From assembly GCA_964607415.1 (NCBI GenBank), contig CAZSKK010000002.1, forward strand, positions 158,380 through 222,379: a stretch of DNA of 64,000 bases, read 5' to 3'. Within the stretch, counting starts at the first letter, position 1, and the number at the start of each line of letters is the position of its first letter. This stretch comes from an uncultured Candidatus Saccharibacteria bacterium (lineage in GTDB: Bacteria > Patescibacteriota > Dojkabacteria > J137). The notes below the pieces were generated by a model. That model searched no databases and had not been told where the DNA came from. It saw only the letters and a program-made list of their open reading frames with translations. Shown in pieces: positions 58,237 through 64,000 of the stretch. Both the position numbers and the translations under genes were made by a program.

Positions 58237-59065
58237 ATCTTGATTTTAACGCCTGATCACTTAATTTTACAAATTTTAAAACTGCAAACATAGTATTAAA
58301 AATATTCTGCAAGAAAATATGCGGCTTTGCTGCAAAAGCCTCCTCAGTATTTTCTATGCTAGGTTCCCACATTCCGATCAAACCAAAACCTTCTCTGGCA
58401 AATGAGTTTACATAAAACTGGAATGGTCGAACAAAGAAATCTGTAGTTTCCAAGACTTCTCCTTTTTGATCTTTCCAGTCATATTGCAACTTTTTATGTA
58501 ACAAATACTGCTCCCCTCCTTCTATCTGCGAAAGGTTTCTAAATCTGCTTATCGATGAAAGGTTTGGGTGAGGAATAACCACATAACAATCGCCACCTGA
58601 TCTAAGTAATCTTCTTGTCTCTTTAATTACAGCAACCACTTCTTCATCGTTAATTGACTGCAAAAGCATTACTTGTAAAACAATGCTGAAGCTACTATCT
58701 TCTATACTTAATCTTTGTGCATCCCCTTTTACAAAAGAAACTTCTGCGCCGTCACCTGGTTTTATAAATCTATAAACATTAGATCGTGCTTTAGAAAGCA
58801 TTTCGTTCGAGTTATCTACCCCTACTATTTGTAGGCCGGGAAATTCTTGAGCCAAACTACACATTAGCAAGCCATTTCCACACCCTAAATCTAGCACAGG
58901 TTTTTCTTTTATTTCATTTGCCCATACGAAATCTTCAGTTAACTCCCGTATTAAAGTTGGAAGAATAACAAATTGATGAGCGTAATCTATTTGCTCTTTA
59001 ATTGAGTGGTAATAATTAGCTGCTACTGTATCCCACGGATTGTAACCTTCTAGACCTTCTGACAT
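58220..59065 (-). CDS. Class I SAM-dependent methyltransferase
   Basis: WD..A..Y, VLDLGCGNG, GVDNS.EML, GDA..L, RLLR.GG, HP; probable start MSEG at 59065. Confidence 0.9.
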   Translation of the reverse strand: MSEGLEGYNPWDTVAANYYHSIKEQIDYAHQFVILPTLIRELTEDFVWANEIKEKPVLDLGCGNGLLMCSLAQEFPGLQIVGVDNSNEMLSKARSNVYRFIKPGDGAEVSFVKGDAQRLSIEDSSFSIVLQVMLLQSINDEEVVAVIKETRRLLRSGGDCYVVIPHPNLSSISRFRNLSQIEGGEQYLLHKKLQYDWKDQKGEVLETTDFFVRPFQFYVNSFAREGFGLIGMWEPSIENTEEAFAAKPHIFLQNIFNTMFAVLKFVKLSDQALKSRYGKEL

Positions 59066-59185
59066 TTTTACAAAATTTTCTCTAAATTTTTTCTCAAGGC
59101 ATGAATAATTATAACAGATGGAAATATTTTTGTCTGTTGCAATTTTCAATTGCCTTTTTTTCCAATCTAATACTATAATCACATT

Positions 59186-60994
59186 ATGCGTAAAATCATT
59201 CTAAGCCTAATCTTTACTCCTATTTTCTTTATTGCTTTAAAGCATAATGTCAGTGCTTTTATTATTGACAAAGATTACACCAGAAGTTACGAGCTTAAAG
59301 AAGAATTTGTTCAAATTAATGAAACAAAAACTATAAAAGTTGTTCAAAAAGACTGGTACATTTCTCAAGGTTCTCAAGAAGGTTTTACAATTTTTTATCC
59401 CATAGAAAAAGACCCTGATAAAGAAGCAAAGATACAAAAGACTATCGAATCGATACGGATAACGGACAGATTTGGCAACTCTCTCGATTTCCAAACCGAG
59501 GAACTTCAAAGTGGAAACATTTTTATTAAAGTGACATTTCCAGAAAGAATAGATTTTAATGAAAACTACATTATAAATTTAAACTATCGTTCTTACGGAC
59601 TTTCAGTAAAAAGTGGCAAGATTTATGATCTTTACATCCCGGCTTTTTCTACTTCGTACGAATTTGAAAATTCAGAATTCAGGGAAAACGTTAAAACAAC
59701 TATCAAAATTAATAAGTTGTTTGGCGATGTAAATTTTGTTTCACCAGAAACTCATGTAGGTGACGATGGAACAAGCTGGGTTATTGATATTCCGAGAGAG
59801 AATTTAATAGGTGAAACCAACTGGATTCAAATTGGAACAACTCAATACTACTCTTTTTCCATAAAACAACCTTATGTTGCAACAAGTGAATTTCCTTTTT
59901 ACTTCAATACATTTAAGATTCCAATTCCAAGAGATATTGAAAGTGGCCCAATTTCACAAAAAGTGTTTTTTACAAATATTTCACCAAAACCGGAGAGTAT
60001 AACAACTGATATTGATGGTAACCTTATTGCTGAATTTAAAGTTCCAGCAACTGAGGCCGGTGAGATTTCAATTACAGGTTATGGAATCTTGACACAGGAT
60101 AAGAATTTCAAAATTGAAAATGCTGGATTAATAAACGACTTTAAACCTGAGTTAATCGCCCGCAATACCGCATCTGCACAATTCTGGGAGTCCGATGTTC
60201 CTGAATTAAAAAATGTTGCTTTAGAATTAAAAGGTGATAAAACTGATGTATTTAAAATTGTACAAGATACATACAAATATGTTGTAGACAAAATCGATTA
60301 CAGTAATGTTAAACGCTTTGGAATAAACGAAAGACAAGGAGCTTTAAAAACTCTACAAGGGGGAGCTGCAGTTTGCATGGAATACTCAGATTTATTCATT
60401 GCCCTAATGCGAGCTCAAGGTATTCCTGCAAGGGCAGGATTTGGATATGGATATTCAGCACTTGACTATGATGCTAATGAAGAGAAAACAGTAAATCATC
60501 AATGGGCTGAGGTTTATCTACCAGCTTTAAATAAATGGATAAATGTTGATACAACATGGGGGGAAGAAGGTCCTGAATTGATTGGGGGGGACCTAAACCA
60601 CTTTTACTTTTATGTTGCATCTCTCGGCCCAGAGCAACCCAGCTCAACAGAAGTTCAATTTTTTGGAAATTTATCAGAAATTCCTAAAAAAGTAGTAACC
60701 GTGGATACAGTCGAAGAGCTGCCGGCAGGAGGTAAAGATCAGAATACAATATTAGAAGAAAACAAACCCATAAGCGGCAACAGCTATCTTCACAAACTTG
60801 AACAAGTGCTTGACCAAATATATAAATTCATTAATACAAAAGTAAATGACTTTATTAATAAAGTCTTCCCTGAAATCAGTAATAATCAAAGAACAGCAGT
60901 TAAGATTGGTTTTATAACATTTCTTATTGTAGTAGTTTTTAGTCCGCTAGCATTAAGATTTTTATTTAGAAGAAACAAGGACAAAACTAATTAA
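59186..60994 (+). CDS. Secreted/membrane-anchored transglutaminase-like domain protein
   Basis: Signal peptide; AVCMEYSDLF.AL.RA.GIPAR, HQW.E and VDTTW Cys-His-Asp triad; C-terminal TM with basic tail. Confidence 0.9.
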   Translation: MRKIILSLIFTPIFFIALKHNVSAFIIDKDYTRSYELKEEFVQINETKTIKVVQKDWYISQGSQEGFTIFYPIEKDPDKEAKIQKTIESIRITDRFGNSLDFQTEELQSGNIFIKVTFPERIDFNENYIINLNYRSYGLSVKSGKIYDLYIPAFSTSYEFENSEFRENVKTTIKINKLFGDVNFVSPETHVGDDGTSWVIDIPRENLIGETNWIQIGTTQYYSFSIKQPYVATSEFPFYFNTFKIPIPRDIESGPISQKVFFTNISPKPESITTDIDGNLIAEFKVPATEAGEISITGYGILTQDKNFKIENAGLINDFKPELIARNTASAQFWESDVPELKNVALELKGDKTDVFKIVQDTYKYVVDKIDYSNVKRFGINERQGALKTLQGGAAVCMEYSDLFIALMRAQGIPARAGFGYGYSALDYDANEEKTVNHQWAEVYLPALNKWINVDTTWGEEGPELIGGDLNHFYFYVASLGPEQPSSTEVQFFGNLSEIPKKVVTVDTVEELPAGGKDQNTILEENKPISGNSYLHKLEQVLDQIYKFINTKVNDFINKVFPEISNNQRTAVKIGFITFLIVVVFSPLALRFLFRRNKDKTN

Positions 60995-61003
60995 CAACCT
61001 GCT

Positions 61004-61032
61004 TTGACTTTTGAGTTTTTCTTACCTATACT
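61004..61032 (+). promoter_or_regulatory. Sigma70 promoter for a probably leaderless transcript
   Basis: TTGACT-17-TATACT-6-ATG(61039). Confidence 0.7.
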
Positions 61033-61038
61033 GAAAAT

Positions 61039-61713
61039 ATGGAATCTTCAAGTGATAAAAAAATCAAGTTAAATACATCGCTGCCACTATTTACTAAGCT
61101 TTTTTCGTGGAGTTCTCCAGAGCGAGAATGGTCTGAAAAAACCAGAGCTTGGTATGTGGTTTACTCTGCTTTTTTTGTGTTTATAATTGCAATAGCTGCA
61201 ATCCTTGGTCAATACCTTTTAATAATGGCAATAATAGCTTTTGTTTTTCTCTGGTTTACACAGGCTGCTATTCCACCTCAGGTTTCTGAGCACATAATAA
61301 CAACTATTGGAATTAAGTCATTTGATAAACTTTTTAAATGGAAAGATATTAAGCAATTCTGGTTTGCAATTAAAAATGAAACTAAGTTTTTAATTATCGA
61401 TGTAATTGAAGATCCGGAAAAACCAAACACCTATAAACGAATATCAATTATCGTAAATAAAAATGACGATAAGGAAATATTTTTTATTTTGCTTAACTAC
61501 ATTGATTATGGTGACAGAAAGGAAGTTGGATATAATTTTCTAACTCAAATTATTCACGGACAAATTATTGATATTTCATATTATCTGCCAGAAGAAATTT
61601 ATACCCAGGAACAATATTTAGAAGCTGAAAAACTTTTACCTGTTGGAAAAAAGAAAGCGTCTTTTAAAAAGCCAGATTTGAAAAGCAAAAAAGCTAAACA
61701 GCACAAGAGTTAA
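61039..61713 (+). CDS. Conserved hypothetical membrane protein (2 TM + PH-like beta domain)
   Basis: FSW..PE......WY, 2 TMs, I...GI......W..I..FW pattern. Confidence 0.65.
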   Translation: MESSSDKKIKLNTSLPLFTKLFSWSSPEREWSEKTRAWYVVYSAFFVFIIAIAAILGQYLLIMAIIAFVFLWFTQAAIPPQVSEHIITTIGIKSFDKLFKWKDIKQFWFAIKNETKFLIIDVIEDPEKPNTYKRISIIVNKNDDKEIFFILLNYIDYGDRKEVGYNFLTQIIHGQIIDISYYLPEEIYTQEQYLEAEKLLPVGKKKASFKKPDLKSKKAKQHKS

Positions 61714-61731
61714 TGAGGTAAAAAGTACTTT

Positions 61732-61779
61732 CCTCTCCTTTTAGTAGAGGTTGGGCTTGCGCAGTAAAACCGGGTGAGG
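61732..61779. repeat. Degenerate BoxC-like repeat
   Basis: CCTCT..AGAGG hairpin with GGGTGAGG tail, similar to 26583-26728. Confidence 0.45.
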
Positions 61780-61815
61780 TATTAACCCAAAGACTTAGGA
61801 TTTAAGTAATAAACT

Positions 61816-62250
61816 ATGAAAAAATTTTTAAAAGAATTTAGAGAATTTGCAGCTAGAGGTAATGTTATTGACTTAGCAGTTGGAGTAATTATGGGTGGAG
61901 CATTTGGGAAAATTGTAACTTCGCTAGTTGAAGATCTAATCATGCCTCCAATTGGAGTCCTGATTGGCGGTGTGAACTTTGCTGATTTAAGCGTTACTTT
62001 AAAAAATGCACGTGTTGATTCTAACGGATCAGTTATCGAAGCTGTAACTTGGAACTATGGAAACTTTATTCAAGTTACTTTCAACTTCTTAATTGTTGCC
62101 CTTTCAATATTTTTGCTAATAAAAGCTATAAATAAATTAAAAAGAGAAGACGAAAAGAAAAAAGAAATCAAGGAAGAAAAGAAAGTTGAAAAAAGTACTC
62201 AGGTAAAGTTGCTTGAGGAGATCAGAGATTTGCTGAAAGATGGTAAATAG
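61816..62250 (+). CDS. mscL: Large-conductance mechanosensitive channel
   Basis: [40 protein letters not shown]. Confidence 0.97.
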   Translation: MKKFLKEFREFAARGNVIDLAVGVIMGGAFGKIVTSLVEDLIMPPIGVLIGGVNFADLSVTLKNARVDSNGSVIEAVTWNYGNFIQVTFNFLIVALSIFLLIKAINKLKREDEKKKEIKEEKKVEKSTQVKLLEEIRDLLKDGK

Positions 62251-62303
62251 TGAATTTGTAAAATGTTAATTAGCATTATCACAAATTAACCTAAAAACCA
62301 AAA

Positions 62304-62915
62304 CTACTTACTAATATTAAGACTTCGCCATAATACTCTACAAGCAAGAGTTCTGTTAGGAGCCCAATTTGTAGAAAGCTCTAAAAGTTCTTTAGGTTTT
62401 ATATCCTCTGATACTTTATATTCTCGAATTATTGCCCTTTTTAGACCATAATCCCCTACTGAAAAGACATCAGGCCTTGCCATACTGAACATTAAAAACA
62501 TTTCAGAAGTCCACCTTCCAATACCTTTAATTTTTGTAAGTTCAGTAATTATGTCTTCATTTTCCATATCTTTAAACTTTCTATAATGCACACTTCCATC
62601 TTGCCAAGCTGTTGCAACATTTTTCATGTATGCAATTTTGGAATTAGAAGGCCCTGCTATTCTTAAAACTTCATGGCTAGCATTTAAAATGTTAGCTGGA
62701 GTTATTTCTCCATTTGGCAGTACAGATCTGACTTTATCTACAATTTTTGGTGCTACTTTTTCCGATAATTGCTGGCCAATAATTGATTGACATAAATCAG
62801 AAAAATACTCCGAAGGATCCAAAGGCGTTGGAACAGGAAGTTCGCCATAGTGAGCTACTACTTTCTGATAAAGCTTTTGCATTATTTTATCTTTTGGGAA
62901 TTTTGCCTTAATCAT
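62304..62915 (-). CDS. alkA: DNA-3-methyladenine glycosylase II (AlkA-like HhH-GPD)
   Basis: SIIGQQLS, L..IKGIGRWT.EMFLMF...RPDVF...D.GL, W.P.R. Confidence 0.9.
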   Translation of the reverse strand: MIKAKFPKDKIMQKLYQKVVAHYGELPVPTPLDPSEYFSDLCQSIIGQQLSEKVAPKIVDKVRSVLPNGEITPANILNASHEVLRIAGPSNSKIAYMKNVATAWQDGSVHYRKFKDMENEDIITELTKIKGIGRWTSEMFLMFSMARPDVFSVGDYGLKRAIIREYKVSEDIKPKELLELSTNWAPNRTLACRVLWRSLNISK

Positions 62916-62916
62916 T

Positions 62917-63465
62917 TTATTTCTTAGTTAAAATTAACTTCATATTTAATAGGTTCAAAAAGTTTATAATACCTCCAGCTAATTTCACAGCTACAAAGTC
63001 ATTAATAGCCCCATCTAATCTGCTTTTCGCAATTCCTAGGAGAAAATCATTTTTTGTTAGATATGGTATATTCAACCTGTTAAGCAATGAATCAATTTCA
63101 TCTTTTCTTATTTTTGAAAGATCTATGCTTTTCCAATCAAAATTGTTTTGCATTAGAACTTTATACGCATTAAGTATCTCTGGAGCGTTAATACCAAGCA
63201 CTTCGAATAAGCCCTCCGTAAACTTCATTTTTAAACCTTCGTCTTGATTTGTTATCTCCTGTTTATAATCATTAACAAAATTAATAAGGAAATTAAAAAC
63301 TGGTTCCGACTCTTTAAACACAGGTGGATTTAAAGCTGCAAATTCACTAACTACTTTCTTTACCAGCGCCTCAGAAGCTTGATCTAATCCTAAAGTGCTA
63401 ATTGCAGAATCATAATTGTGATAAACATCTTCTGTTATTTGTGACTCTAAAGAAGGGCTACTCAT
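62917..63465 (-). CDS. Hypothetical helical protein
   Basis: 182 aa ORF ending 1 nt before the alkA start. Confidence 0.6.
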   Translation of the reverse strand: MSSPSLESQITEDVYHNYDSAISTLGLDQASEALVKKVVSEFAALNPPVFKESEPVFNFLINFVNDYKQEITNQDEGLKMKFTEGLFEVLGINAPEILNAYKVLMQNNFDWKSIDLSKIRKDEIDSLLNRLNIPYLTKNDFLLGIAKSRLDGAINDFVAVKLAGGIINFLNLLNMKLILTKK

Positions 63466-63507
63466 AGTTAAAAATAATATTTAAACTTTTTCATTATACA
63501 ACTAAAC

Positions 63508-63732
63508 CTACTTTCGTTTTAGAAGATTAACTTTATGTTTTCTGCCTAAAACATCGGATACAAAATCTTCAATTTGAATTTTCATTGATTGAGTTAATTT
63601 TCGTTTACCTTTTTTGATTTTGTACCTTCCCTTAAAGTAGTCTACTTCAAGCGTTGCAACATTACCTTCTACTCCAATATAATATTCACCTTTGGAAATA
63701 TATAACACTGAAAGTTTTTCGGAATTATTCAT
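63508..63732 (-). CDS. Small basic hypothetical protein
   Basis: 74 aa ORF. Confidence 0.5.
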   Translation of the reverse strand: MNNSEKLSVLYISKGEYYIGVEGNVATLEVDYFKGRYKIKKGKRKLTQSMKIQIEDFVSDVLGRKHKVNLLKRK

Positions 63733-63755
63733 GAACTTAAAATTAAAAGGTAAAA

Positions 63756-63848
63756 TAGGCCAAAAAAGTTAAAGTAATTGGCTTACTTTTACATTTCTAA
63801 TTTAAGGAATACGAAACAGAAAGGTAAGCCATCTACTTTTTTGGCCTA
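63756..63848. other. Long imperfect hairpin upstream of the 74 aa ORF
   Basis: TAGGCCAAAAAAGT/ACTTTTTTGGCCTA (14 bp) enclosing TGGCTTAC/GTAAGCCA. Confidence 0.65.
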
Positions 63849-64000
63849 CAACAACAAGTATGTGAAGAAGAATTAATTTTCATTAAAAGAAGTATACCAC
63901 TAAATGTTTAAACGTTGTATGGTTTTAAAGTTAAAACGTTACAGTTTGCAAGTTAGTGTGGAAACTATATAATTTTGTATATTTTTTATTCTAAAAAAAT

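Noticed and set aside
60715-60735. LPAGG in the transglutaminase-like protein as a sortase signal
   Set aside because: Not LPxTG and about 60 residues from the C-terminal TM
1-64000. CRISPR array or cas genes
   Set aside because: Repeats are short-period degenerate tandems or palindromes, with no constant repeat and unique spacers; no cas-like ORF
1-64000. Alternative genetic code (TGA=Gly)
   Set aside because: TGA ends full-length conserved genes (e.g. ACD, femAB, lack of read-through need), and the two premature TGAs are explained by frameshifts

Overview
Low-GC (roughly one-third GC by eye), gene-dense bacterial chromosome segment using code 11. It has almost no Shine-Dalgarno signals and many orphan ORFs; the gene content suggests Patescibacteria/CPR, possibly Dojkabacteria (inference). 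Core genes: ileS with a T-box, lepB, parA/parB, rny, rpoD, ftsQ/ftsA/ftsZ, rpsO, fmt, trmD, pcrA, murF-like, femAB-like, mscL, alkA, tRNA-Asn and tRNA-Pro. A fermentation module comprises 2-oxoacid:ferredoxin oxidoreductase alpha/beta, flavodoxin and ADP-forming acetate-CoA ligase. Most notable: (1) three paralogous DNPH1/NDT-like N-glycosidase + ribbon-helix-helix fusions, two with palindromic operator-like sites and one lacking the catalytic Glu, i.e. a candidate nucleotide-sensing regulator family; (2) a divergent PvcA/Dit1 (isocyanide synthase)-like gene sharing a palindromic -35 with a TrmB regulator; (3) 7/8/9-mer microrepeats and REP-like palindromes that are intergenic and also inserted in-frame in fmt, pcrA and korA and inside the T-box; (4) an actinobacterial-style ultrashort Stem I ileS T-box; (5) a candidate 6S RNA before rny and an unassigned structured RNA near tRNA-Pro; (6) a heliorhodopsin; (7) an acyltransferase-deacetylase fusion paired with an Ig-repeat C39 peptidase; (8) a HEPN-MNT fusion and a PIN toxin with degenerate active sites; (9) two frameshifted genes; (10) apparent leaderless transcription. 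No CRISPR array, rRNA, integrase or transposase was seen. All family calls come from motif recognition by eye, not database searches.
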